Source of the DNA: Octopus vulgaris
Taxonomy: Eukaryota
DNA length: 64,000 nt
NCBI GenBank assembly: GCA_951406725.2
Contig: OX597820.1
Coordinates: 20,088,001 to 20,152,000, forward strand
Reading direction: 5' to 3'
Positions 52,366-64,000 of this stretch are shown one piece after another. Made by a program: the position numbers and the translations under genes. The notes beneath the pieces are model-generated. The model had not been told where the DNA came from, did not search any database, and saw only the letters and a program-made list of their open reading frames with translations. The stretch's first letter is position 1; each line of letters starts with the position of its first letter.

Positions 52366-53154
52366 CTGGAAGTGAAAATAAAAAAAATAAAGTGAAAAAC
52401 TGAAAGTTTTGTTCAAAAATATTACAAAGTATGGAATAAAACAAAAGAAAAAAAACAGTAAAACAAATGTAATTTAGTTAATAATGATTTTGTTATTCAT
52501 TAATGAAACTGTTAACTAACTGAAAATATAATTATTCAAACTTTGGATTTCTTTTTTTTTTTCTTTTAATATCTTTTCTTCTTTTAATAAGGTAAATGAG
52601 CTTGCAGAATTGTTCAACACACCAGGCAAAGCATTTAGCAGCAGTTTGTCTGTCTTTACATTCTGAGTTCAAATTCTGCTGAGGTCAACTTCACCTTTCA
52701 TCCTTTTGGGGTTCAATAAAATAAATACCAGTTGAGTACTGGGGTTGATGTAATTGACCTATCTCCACCCTCAAAATTGCTGGCCTTGTGCCAAAATTTG
52801 AAATCAATATTTGGTGGGATTAGGATGTTTGTGTTTAAAATTAAGGAAGAAGAAAAATGACGCACAGAATACATGCATTTAATACTTTTTTTGTTTATTT
52901 AATTACAAAAGCTTTAAAATTTCTAATCCAAGTGATCTTAATCTCAGTATATGTGATAGATTAAGAATTAGCAAGAATATGTAAGCTTAACATCTGAGAG
53001 AACCTGGTATCATTGTTTTTATTTGGTTGTTATTATCCCTTTTGATACCAACTCACTTGAGACTAATCTTAGGTCCATGACAACTAACTTAGTATTGTTA
53101 TATTTTGGAATAGTAATTATTATGTTTTTATGCCAAATAAACACAAGCACTATA

Positions 53155-53214
<60 letters not shown>

Positions 53215-53710
53215 TCACTGCTTGGAATTGAACTCAGAATCTTGTGGTTAGTAGCCAGTACTCTTAACTACTGTGCCATATGCCTGTGGACTATATATTT
53301 GTTTTTCAATTCAGCTTTATTACTGTTCTTATTTTAGTGTCCTTTGTCTTAAATCTTTCATCACACATCCTGTGACCTTTTCAGTGATTCTATGGATTAA
53401 ACAGGAGGGGGACACATGGTTTGGAGAATCACTGAAGAGATCAAAGGATGTCTAATGAAAGATTTAAGACAAAGGACAATAATAAACAATAATAAACAAT
53501 AATAAATCTCTGAGCGAGGTATAAATAGTAGCTGCACGACATTGTGAAGTATATTTGCCACTTAAATGTGGCTAACCCTTAAGGGTGGATGCTACTATAG
53601 CTTGTGGCCCCAGGAGGACACCTCCTCCATCTGGCTATTGACACACTTTCTGTGCCCTATCAGTATTTGCGAAGGGAAGCCATCCCTCCCATCTTCAATC
53701 TGACATGATA

Positions 53711-53755
53711 CACACGGACTCAAGTTGCTGGGTATTGACCCGTCATCAGCATGTG
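53711..53755 (-). ncRNA. Minimal type I hammerhead ribozyme-like motif (mutated core)
   Basis: CACATG CTGATGA CGGGTcaatACCCA gCaa CTTGAG TC CGTGTG. Confidence 0.75.
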
Positions 53756-53808
53756 ACAATCACTGATAGCATGTGACAATCACTTTTTCCTCATCAATTT
53801 GTGATTGT

Positions 53809-53853
53809 CACACGCCGATGACGGGTCAATACCCAGAACCTCGAGTCCGTGTG
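53809..53853 (+). ncRNA. Minimal type I hammerhead ribozyme-like motif (mutated core)
   Basis: CACACG cCgatga CGGGTcaatACCCA gaaC CTCGAG TC CGTGTG; 6-bp helix I, 4-bp helix II, palindromic helix III, GUC site. Confidence 0.75.
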
Positions 53854-54397
53854 TATCATGTCAGATTGAAGATGGGAAGGATGGCTTCCCTTTGCAAATA
53901 CTGATAGGGCACAGAAAGTGTGTCAATAGCCAGCTGGAGGAGGGTGTCTTCCTGGGGCCACAAGCTACAGTAGCATCCACCCTTAAGGGTTAGCCACATT
54001 GAAGTGGCAAATGTACTTGACAATGATAAAGTTATAGTGAAGAACAAATGTACAGTGCATGTTTTTATTTAACAAAATAAAAAAGAAATATGGCCATCCC
54101 TAAGTATAAACAATATCTGTTTCTACGCACGATTTCACATCAGGAATCTTACAAAACAAATACATAAACATAACAACTAACTTAGTGTTTTGAAGAAATC
54201 TCAATTAAAATCTTCCATCATGAAGATTTTAATTTATGTTAATTTATGTTCCAAATACCGGTTTAATGATGGCATCATTATTTTGCTAAATTCTTCTTCA
54301 TTTTCAAAATTTATAGAAACAAAGACAACTTATTTCAACAGAAGACTGAAGTCAAAAGGCCTAATTCAAGAACAATGAAAGGTAAATTCCAACTTAC

Positions 54398-54586
54398 CGA
54401 ATCGATTCCAGAGAAATGAAGCACGATTTCCACTCAGGAGATAGATAGAGAGCATTCCAACATTTCCTTTCATATTGAAGTAGAACTCAACACACGATGA
54501 GGAACTGTTTAGCTTGATGACTGGTGAGAAGAGTCGGACTTTGGAATTTGGTTTTGTGTTACTGCCCTCCACAAACATATAATGAC
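54398..54586 (-). CDS. Exon 5: MAM2 middle
   Basis: cag|GHYMFVEGS..RLFSPV..CVEFYFNMKG..WNRF|gtaag; 189 nt, phase 1-1. Confidence 0.92.
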
Positions 54587-55124
54587 CTGCAGTATAAGAT
54601 GGTACATCAATCTTAATCTATCTAAGATAAAGAGAAAATTATTTACTGCCCCTGTTGCTGCCATGTAAGAAGCACCCAGTCCACTCTGTAAAGTGGTTGA
54701 TAGTAGATGGAGCATTCAGCTGTAAAAAAATACCAAAACAAAACTCACCAGTATTGGTGCCATGTAAAAAGCACCCAGTGCACACTGTAAAGCAGCTGGT
54801 GTTAGGAAGGGCATCAAGCCATAAGAATTATACCAAAACAAAACTTGCCAGAGTTGGTGCTATGTAAAAAGCACCCAGTACACTCTGTAAAGTAGCTGGT
54901 GTTAGGAAGGGCATCAAGCCATAAAAGAAACACATGCCAAAACATAGTGGAGCTTGGTGCAGTCCTCTGGATTGCCAGCTCCTGCCAACCCATCTGACCC
55001 ATGTGAACATGGAAGACAGACATAAATGATAATGATGAAGATGATACCAATCCATCTGAAACTGAATAAATAAGCATTATATTTGACAAAGTAATCTGCT
55101 TGCTAAAGGGTAAAGTCAAAATAC

Positions 55125-55280
55125 CTTTGTTAGACCTGTAAGTATGGTCAGATAAAGGACCTGTATTGAGGGTTGATGTGCTGCCTTGATGCCTAACCCA
55201 GGGTTTCTTCCCATGGGTATCTTGCTGGAAACCACAAATATCTTTATTTTCAAAATCACAGGATAATGATTGACTGAAAT
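55125..55280 (-). CDS. Exon 4: MAM2 N-part
   Basis: cag|DFSQSLSCDFENKDICGFQQ..TGPLSDHTYRSNK|gtatt; 156 nt, phase 1-1. Confidence 0.92.
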
Positions 55281-55816
55281 CTGCAAAAGAAAAAGAAAAT
55301 ATACAAAGTAAAAATCGAAGTTTGAGAAGTAGGGTTATAGTCCATTGGCTAACTTACATCATATTACTTATATTACAGATACTAATTTTATTGAATTTGG
55401 ATGGGTGCAGGAGTGGCTTTGTGAAATAAGATGTTCACTTCCCAAGTGTATAGCTTCAGGTTTAATCCCACTGAGTGATACCATGAGCAAGTATCTTCTA
55501 CTATAGTTCCAGGCCAACCAACGACTTGTGAGAAACCAAAAGTGTCCATCTATCATATATATTATCAATAATAAAAGGGTAAAATTAATTAATTATTAAT
55601 TAATTTTACCAAGTAGTGTTCAGTATGTAAAAAGACCATTTACGATATATTTAAAACATTACGTTATATAATTAGGGTTCAGTAAAATAATTTACTTTAC
55701 CACACACCGAACTTTTAGAAATAGCAGCCAAAAAATCTTAGCTATTTCTTCTACTATAAGAAAAATCTCCCAGACAATGCATACTCAAAAATTATATAAC
55801 GTATATAATTATAACG

Positions 55817-55847
<31 letters not shown>

Positions 55848-56308
55848 ATTAGGGCTTAGTAAAATAAATTACTTTGCCACATACTGAACTTAGTAGAAAT
55901 AGCAGCCAAAAAAAATTTTTTTAGCCATTTCCACTACTTAAAGAAAATTTCTCTCAGATAATGTTTACTCCAGACAGCTCACGAAGGTTTGGAGGTAAAT
56001 ACAGAAAAATATCACAAGTACATAAATCATTTGAGTACGTCAACGTTTCAAGATTAGCCAAATAAAATCAGCATTTCTTTCGTCAGCTCAAAATTTCTTA
56101 ATTTGGATTTGGAAACACTAAAAAGAAGGAACTTTACCTCTCCGCGAACTTGTCGCTTCAAATGAACCAGCTCCAACTGAAGTGCCAACAAATTCAAAAT
56201 GCGCAGGCGTAAATTTCTGCACTCCTTTTCCACCCACGTGGTCTATCTAGCAAACATTATATTTTAACCGCGAGAACCAAGGCAGTATGACAGAGAGAAA
56301 TGAATTAT

Positions 56309-56449
56309 AATATCAACAATTGAGGGTAAAATTAATTAATCAATTTCACCAAGTGTTCAGTATGTAAAAGGACCATTTAAGGCCTTAAATGATTCTTTTA
56401 CATACTGAACACTTGGTGAAATTGATTAATTAATTTTACCCTCAATTGT

Positions 56450-56454
<5 letters not shown>
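56309..56454. repeat. Near-perfect palindrome centred on aggcct
   Basis: tatcaacaattgagggtaaaatt..ttaaggccttaa..aattttaccctcaattgttgata. Confidence 0.92.
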
Positions 56455-56503
<49 letters not shown>

Positions 56504-57550
56504 TAGGCATAAGTATAGTTGTCACTAAAATGACAGAGGAATTAGTCAGCACCAGCATTGCTAGAAATAAGAGTCAAAACAACTCTTAGACACATGAGAG
56601 CATTTTTCTAATGAATGATAAGGGAGACAAGCACCTTATGGTAAGTCATATCATCGATGATTCGAGATTTGATTAATCTTCATCCGTGACTTACCTTAAT
56701 AAAAACATATTTCTCACTTCACCATTTTCGGAATCAGTCAATGTTTCCTATGGTGTTCTCTATAAGACTGACAAGACAAGTCAAGTTTTTAACCCTCAGC
56801 AACAGAACAATGGGTCACTGACAAAGATTGATCAAATCTGAAATCGGTGTCAATATGTCGCCAACTTGCTTGCCATTGGGAGCTTGTCTCTCTTGTCAGT
56901 TGTAGAAAATTAATCTTACGGGGCTAAGAGTTGTTTTGACTCTTATTTTTAGAAGTGTTGCTACTGAATAGCACCCTCGTTCCCTTTAGTGATGACTATA
57001 TTTGTTACCTTTTGGTTGTAAATTGCAAATAGCCACCCTAATAATTTATAATTCTCATTCCACCGTTTTCAGAATCAGTCAATGTTTCCTAAGGTGTTCT
57101 CTGTAAGGCTGATAAGGTGAGTCGAGTTTTTAACCCTCAGTAATGAAGTAATGGGTCACTGATGAAGATTAATCAAGATTAATCACCTTGTTGGAATGTT
57201 TGTTCTCATCTCTGTTTTGAACAATTGTGAAGATCCTTTCACATGAAACAGTTGGTTACCTTGTTAACCCACAATAAAGTATATATATCAGAGTTAAACA
57301 TAAAAAGCATAATAATTTTCTCTTCACCAAATAGCCTTGCTTGAAGTGTGGGTACTTATGTTTCTTAATGTCTTTTAAACTTATACTGAAAATTTGCAAA
57401 TTTTACTTGATGCCTTCTGCAAATGCAGCCATCATATGTTATGTCAGATTCTGATTTTTATATGTTATTAACTTATCAGAATTTATCTTCAGCACAAATA
57501 AAACAGAAACAAAAAAGAAATGTGGTGATTGAAAAGTATTGCTTACTTAC

Positions 57551-57632
57551 CATTCTTGCAAGCTCCGTGTGTTATAGAAACATCATCTAAAGCTGTGATG
57601 CCAAAAGAATCACTTCGAATTTCAAACACAAC
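57551..57632 (-). CDS. Exon 3: MAM1 C-part
   Basis: aag|VVFEIRSDSFGITALDDVSITHGACKN|gtaag; 82 nt, phase 0-1; not in ORF track. Confidence 0.9.
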
Positions 57633-58310
57633 CTTAAAACAAATAAATTGATAAAATTTTGAAATGGAAAATGAATTATTTAACTAACATTTTATTGAAG
57701 AATCTAAAAAGAGAGAAAATAGACAGCTTCTGACAATGCAGAAAATTTAACAAAACCTTTATATTTCAATCACAAAGGCCCGTCTTCAGAAGGAAAAAGT
57801 CTAAGAAAAGTCCAGTTACGTAGGATTTGTTAACCCATTCAATTTACCTAGCATTCATGCATATCCTCTATTCTTTTTTAAGCTCAGTCACACTTCAGGC
57901 TACTGGATTCTTCACTAACAGCTCCTTTGTTTCTTTCTATTTGGTGTTGCCTATATTCTTTTATTCTTTTACATGTTTCAGTGATTTGACTGTGGCCATG
58001 GTGGAGCACCACATTTAGCTGAACAAATCGACCCCAGGACTTATTCTTTGTAAGCCTGATACTTATTCTATCAGTTGCTTTTGCCAAATCGCTAAGTTAT
58101 GGGGACATTAACACACCAACATCGGTAATGAAGCGATGGTGATGGTGGTGGGAAAATCACAGACACAAAGACACACACACACACACACGAATATATATAT
58201 ACATATACAGACATATATATATATATCTTAGGGAATATGATTCCAAACTTACAGGGTAAAATTCAATTTAGTAATACTAAATCAAATTTTACAATATATA
58301 ATATATGTCT

Positions 58311-58617
58311 ATGAATTAGAGAAGAACCACCATGAAGTAATTCAACAATGATATAATTAAATCATACCATATAGAAAAAATTCAAGATACAATAAAACAT
58401 TTACCTAGAACTAAATAAAGTACTAAATAATAAATAAATAGTATATAATTAGTATATAGTATATAAATTAGTAAATAATTATATACTATTTATTTATTAT
58501 TTAGTACTTTATTTAGTTCTAGGTAAATGTTTTATTGTATCTTGAATTTTTTCTATATGGTATGATTTAATTATATCGTTGTTGAACTGCTACATGGTGG
58601 TTCTTCTCTAATTTATA
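58311..58617. repeat. AT-rich palindrome (~140-bp arms)
   Basis: aattagagaagaaccaccatg.. / ..catggtggttcttctctaatt. Confidence 0.9.
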
Positions 58618-58620
58618 TAC

Positions 58621-58691
<71 letters not shown>

Positions 58692-60199
58692 GCTTCTTTC
58701 AGTTTCTGTCTACCAAATCCACTCACAAGGCTTTGGTTGGCCTGAGGCTATAGTAGAAGAGACTTGCCCAAAGTGCCACACAGTGGGACTGAATCCAGAA
58801 CCACATGGTTGGGAAGCAAACTTCTTACCACCCAACCACGCCACACACTTTCAATTTATAGTTCTGCTTTACTTCAGTCAAAAGACTGTCTACTTAGTCT
58901 TTTAATTACTTTATCCCTTGTCTGGTTTGGTTCAGGTTATGTGAAGGTGTGTGGTTTTGTGGTTAGGGTATTTGGCTCATGACTGTAAGGTTGTGAGTTC
59001 AATTCCTAGCAATGCATTGTGTCCTTGAACAAGACACTTTATTTCACATTGCTCCAGTTCACTGAGCTGACAAAATATGAGTAGTACCTGTATTTCGAAG
59101 GGCCAGCCTTTTCACATTCTGTGTCATGCTGAATCTTCCTGAGAACTACAATAAGGGTACACATGTCTGTAGATTACCCAGATACTTGCACGTTAATTTC
59201 ATGAGCAGGCTGTTCCATTGATCAAAACAACTGGAACCCTTGTTGCAACTGACAGAGCACCAGCTTTTTTATTCTCTCAAGCAGAAAATACATCTTTCCA
59301 TATCCTTTTTAGTAAGTTGATAGATTGATGTTTGTCATACATATTTGTTTCATATATTCTTGTATATATGTTGTTGTCTTGTCCCTTCATAGCATAAGCC
59401 CACTGTTCCATGTCTCATTGATCCCACCCTTTGTTATTCTCTATTTTCTAATTTTTTTCTAATAGAATTCCACATTAAGTCTAATAGTGTGCTAAAATAG
59501 TGATCCTGTTATCAATGCTGAAACTTTCAAATTTCAGTCAACAGCTGAAGAAGGGATATTTGTCTTTGGGATATTTATGCTTTTCCTTATCCTGTTCATT
59601 TCATTTGTTCCCAAGCCTGATTACTTTTTTTCTCCCTTTGTTATTTCTTGTTGTATTCGTAATTGTGTACCATGTTCTCGTTTTCTTTTTGTTTGTTTGT
59701 TTTTTCCATCCTTGTTGCCACACACATTCACTAGCTTTTTTACAAAGGGGTCTAATGCTCTTAGCTTAGACTTTTTTAGGGACAAGCACATGGAACCATC
59801 TCAAGTGTAACTGTCCAAAATCGTTATGACTTATGGTACTTGACTGATGAAAGGAAGCCAAGAATGACCTGTCTTTTTTGCCTAAGATTTTGAGAGGGAA
59901 AAGTGGTTGGAATTTTAATTTTAATATTGAATTTCAAAGTTAATTTCAAATACCACCATACAGGCATAGAATAAATATTTATATACTATTTATAGAAGGT
60001 AAACTATTATTACAACAGGTAAGAAAAACTCAATTTAAGACTTAAAACATATTCAAAATTTAGAATTAAAAAATATCAAATACAGAATGCATAACAAGAC
60101 TGCATTTTGAACATATACACAGAGAGATATTTGTTTTTACACACACACACACATGTGTGTGTATGTGTGTGCATGCATGCATATATATGTGTGTGTGTG

Positions 60200-60232
<33 letters not shown>

Positions 60233-60241
60233 TATATACAC

Positions 60242-60324
<83 letters not shown>

Positions 60325-60354
60325 TAATAATAATAACTATATATATTGACTTAC

Positions 60355-60617
60355 ATTGAACGTTTTGTTTATGTGGACACTGTACATCTCTCTCTCCCAC
60401 CTTTTAGCTGGAAATCCATTTACAGCTAATACAGGTGAAGATGGTAAATTAAGGCCTTCTTTTATGTACATTCTGAGGGAATTTGAAGAATAACCATATT
60501 TGTAATACCAAAATGTAACACAACTTGTATCACTAGTTGGAGTGAAGTCTGGACTGATAAGCCGGAACTTTTTGTTTGGTAGATTTAAATGTTTAACAAA
60601 TATATAGTGACCGACGT
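60355..60617 (-). CDS. Exon 2: MAM1 middle
   Basis: tag|DVGHYIFVK..RLISPDF..CVTFWYY..KTFN|gtaag; 263 nt, phase 1-0. Confidence 0.92.
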
Positions 60618-60788
60618 CTAAAGTGGAAAATAAGAGAAAATAGTTAAAAAAATATGCTTTTAAAAAAGTTTGCCAAAACACAGAAATTTGTAAAATAAAG
60701 TAGTATTTTGCAGTGGGGCGGGATTATCTTGAAATTTTTTCCTTTCTTTAGCTGTAACAGAGAATTAAAAAAAAGACATATAATTTTT

Positions 60789-61017
60789 TTAACCCTTTCG
60801 TTACCGTATATATTTTGAGATGCTCTGTGTTTCTTTCAATTATTTTAAATATAACAAAGAATTTAGTAAAATAACTTAGTCATCATTAAGCTAGTGTTGG
60901 GAACATAAATTGTGACTAAGGTTTGGTGGAAGATTTTAATTCAAAACTTATGAAAACAAGACATTTGTACTACAGAGCCAGAGCCAGTTTCAGCCGGGTT
61001 GGTATCAAAAGGGTTAA
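60789..61017. mobile_element. TTAA-flanked piggyBac-like MITE, family 1
   Basis: Same ends and interior as 5378-5607. Confidence 0.8.
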
Positions 61018-62411
61018 TCATAGATTATCAAAGACTATAAAGTTTTGTATCTTAATGGAAATATTAATAGAATGTTAAGTCACAATAAAGGAATATTGTT
61101 TATACATACACACATAACTCCAAAGACAAAGAAATAAGAACCGACAGTATGGTGGAAGCCAAATCCACTCAGAATAAAAAGGAGTACTGGTGGAATGTCC
61201 CAGTGAAAACCTTAATAAAATGCAAAAGTAATAAACCTGACACAATGATTTGAAATAGCGAAGAGAAACTGCATACAATTATGAAAATCAGCTGCCCAGT
61301 GGATGTTAACATAAAGCTAAAGATCAGTGGAAAAGAAAATACCTAAGTTGAACTATTGAGAAATTTGCAGTTACTCTATCCAGATTACAAGTTTAGATTT
61401 TGTTGTGTCGACGCCCCCAGACGATGAAGTAGACTAGCCCAATACGTATATATAGTGGGAGAAGTCTAGAAGCCAGAGAGTAGTAGAGAGTCAAGAGTAG
61501 AGTAGCAGTCGGAGTAGTAGAGGCATCCGAACGTGTGACATAACAGGTTTATATCTAATTACTGGGGCACTGGGATATGTAACACTCTGCCTGAATACCA
61601 ATCTTGAGAAATTAGGCTTCTCGAAATCAGGAAGGAGGAAGTTGATTTGAAGACTACAGATCCAAACCATCACTGGAACTGTAAAAATCTGTAAAACTTT
61701 CCAGAAGTCTATCATTTACGTATATATGAGTATGTCTATATAGAGAGCTATATGCATGAGAATGCATACATAAAACAAAACATACAAATCTGCACGTATA
61801 TATACATACAAAAATACCCTGTTGATATTGTTGAAGTTCCAGTGAAGGAGCCTTGGATCTTGGTCAAAAACCAGCTCTTTCCTTATTGGCAAGAAATCTT
61901 GAAATAAAAATGAACAATGACTGACTGACTGACCGACTGACATACATACATACATACATACATACATACATACATACATACATACATGCATGCATACATA
62001 CATACACACATGCATACATACATACATACATACATGCATGCATGCATGCATACATACATACATACATACATACATACATACATACATACATACATACATA
62101 CATACATACATACATACAAATATACATACATGAATACAAACATTACATACACATATATACGTACGTAATATATATGACAGGCTTCATTCAATTTCCTAAA
62201 TGTTTTCACATGGCTTTGGTCAGCCCGGGGCTACAATAGAAGACACTTGCCCAATGGGACTGAACCCAAACTCATGTTGTTTGGAAACAGACTTTTGTAC
62301 CACTCAGCCACACTCACATCTATCTAATTGACTTTTCATCAATTAGAAATTAAAAAAAACTATTGAGAATACAAAGAATTCTTTATAACTGCCAGAAATA
62401 AAGTTCCTTAC

Positions 62412-62606
62412 CATCTCCAGTATGGTCTTTCATTGATGCTTTCTCACTTAATCCGATTAGCCAATCCCCATCGTCTGATTTATCTTGCTTCCATCCACAG
62501 TAATCTTTTGTGAATGTGCAGGAAGTTGAGACATCGACTGGAGCTTTTGTCGCTGCTGGTTTAACGGTTGTCATGCTATGTTTTACATAAGCTTTGGATG
62601 GGATTA
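62412..62606 (-). CDS. Exon 1 in window: Thr/Pro linker + MAM1 N-part
   Basis: cag|..IPSKAYVKHSMTTVKPAATKAPVDVSTSCTFTKDYCGWKQ..DHTGD|gtaag; 195 nt, phase 1-1. Confidence 0.9.
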
Positions 62607-63006
62607 CTGAAATAATTCAAAATTTAGATTATCAAAAATATAGCTTTGAGATGTACTTGTATGGTACGGGATTTAATTTGAGGCTATGTGTTGAAACTAA
62701 GATAAATACACATCATATTAGCAATTAAAAAAAAAACTGTTAATTTAGTAAAAATATCATCATTCTTAATTCTCTCTAAAGGAGGCTATGGCAGCAGTAC
62801 TGGATATTAATAGTTATTGCCAAGCTAACATGGCAGTCCAGATAAATAGGATGAATGCTGCTGTTGATTAGCTCCAAGAAGCCTTTAAAGAGAATAAGAA
62901 ATAATGATATTTTTATTTTTGAAAACCAGTGGATGTATTCCACTGAATTTAGGTAAATAATCCTTTGAATAGTCGGTCAGTAGCGATGCCTGCTGGGTTC
63001 GGCTAC

Positions 63007-63049
63007 TCCACATTGATAAGAGGTAACCACCCCGAAACTAGTCTGTGGA
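63007..63049 (+). ncRNA. Minimal hammerhead-like motif upstream of the RTE endonuclease
   Basis: TCCACA ttgataa GAGGTaaccACCCC GAAA CTAG TC TGTGGA; perfect 6-bp helix I, two transitions in CUGAUGA. Confidence 0.7.
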
Positions 63050-63539
63050 TGCCAGACCAGCAAGGGGAAGCTGCTGACCTCCCCTGTTCGAAGGTTATAA
63101 TGGACACAGGTTTGTGTGTCACATAGCTAGCTAGAGGTGATGGCTTCTTGGAGCTAATCAACGGAAGCATTCATCCTATGCCATGTTAGCTTGGTGAAAA
63201 CTATTAATATGTTAATTTAGTGTCTTTTGCTTTGTTTGTGGATATATTTCGTTGCCTTTAGTTAGGGAATAGGGCATCCATAGTGTTTTGTCATTCACAA
63301 TGCACCCTCCCAACCCACCCCTACCACCAGTACTGGAAGTCTTTCTCTTCTAACCTCTACCAGAAGCCTAATGGTTACCCATATGGAATGCTCTCTCCAC
63401 TTTCCCTTTCCCTCCATCCCTATCTAGTGTTTATCTCCTGGTAAATATAGTGATTGTGAAGTGGATAAAATGATGGTGAAGTGTATGCAAGTTGAAGTCT
63501 ATTTGTATGTTTACAATGTCTACCAAATGCACAAGCGAG

Positions 63540-64000
63540 CTTTCTTTTCAGATTCAAAATGTCTTCCATCCCTGGGTCTTGCTGGCCCACACCCTCAGAG
63601 TTGGTACACTTAATGTTGGCACATTGAAAAGTATGTTTGGTCAAATTGTTGAGATGTTTGAACTGAGGAGTGTAGATTTGTGTTGCATCCAAGAGGTAAG
63701 GTGGAGAGGGGCTTCTGTTAGGTTCCTCACAGGCCAAGAACATAGGTATAAGATCTTCTGGGTAAGGAACATTGATGGGGTTGGGGGCGTGGGTATACTC
63801 CTTGCTGAGGAATAGGTTGATAAGGTAATCGAGGTAATTAGAGTCTGTGATAGAATTCTTAGACTAGTCCTGCAACATTAGACTAGTCCTGCAGAATTAG
63901 ACTAGTCCTGCAACATTGAATAGCAACCATTATCTGGGCCTATGCCTCTCAGCCCGGTCTACTTGATGAATAGAAAGACCAATTTTATGACACTCTCTTG
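63540..64000 (+). mobile_element. RTE-type LINE apurinic-endonuclease region (degenerate, runs off window)
   Basis: TLRVGTLNVGTL..DLCCIQEVRWRG..GVGGVGILL motifs; stops and a ~20-bp triplication at ~63860-63917. Confidence 0.88.

Larger units (their letters stand above)
53540..54024. repeat. Long inverted repeat (~220-bp arms)
   Basis: Left ~53540-53763 is the reverse complement of right ~53801-54024 with scattered mismatches. Confidence 0.92.
509..62606 (-). other. Multi-exon gene (internal part) encoding a tandem MAM-domain protein, MALRD1/MAMDC-like; 27 exons, 8 complete + 1 partial MAM domains
   Basis: Manually spliced GT-AG exons join in frame (4269 nt). Repeated MAM motifs CxF(E)xxxCxW, GPxxDHT, GxYxYI, LxSP, CxxFWY, GDIAIDD. 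No start, stop, signal peptide, TM or LDLa segment in the window. Confidence 0.95.

Noticed and set aside
59835-59875. CTGATGA motif (homologous to ~1840-1870) as a hammerhead
   Set aside because: No GAAA core or helix I pairing could be built; the same holds for the weak motif at ~57760-57795.
509-62606. Assigning the symbol MALRD1
   Set aside because: No LDLa, EGF or TM domain is seen and orthology cannot be established without a search.

Overview
AT-rich, microsatellite- and SINE-dense eukaryotic DNA; the repeat families suggest an Octopus genome (inference from recalled repeat families). The window is almost entirely inside one large minus-strand gene. I traced 27 GT-AG exons (62606 down to 509; 4269 nt, 1423 codons, phases compatible, no stops). 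They encode 8 complete and 1 partial tandem MAM domains, organised as repeated [Thr/Pro linker + 3 MAM] units (MALRD1/MAMDC-like adhesion or mucin-type protein; neither terminus is in the window). Introns hold tRNA-derived SINEs, RTE and R4/Dong-like LINE fragments, a maT/Tc1 relic, MITEs, long palindromes and minisatellites. The most notable non-coding signal is a set of at least 7 loci with minimal type I hammerhead-ribozyme folds, mostly with a palindromic helix III. They include inverted pairs inside palindromes, one in a tRNA-headed SINE-like element, and one upstream of an RTE endonuclease. Every individual copy carries core mutations, but the consensus of two of the families is intact.
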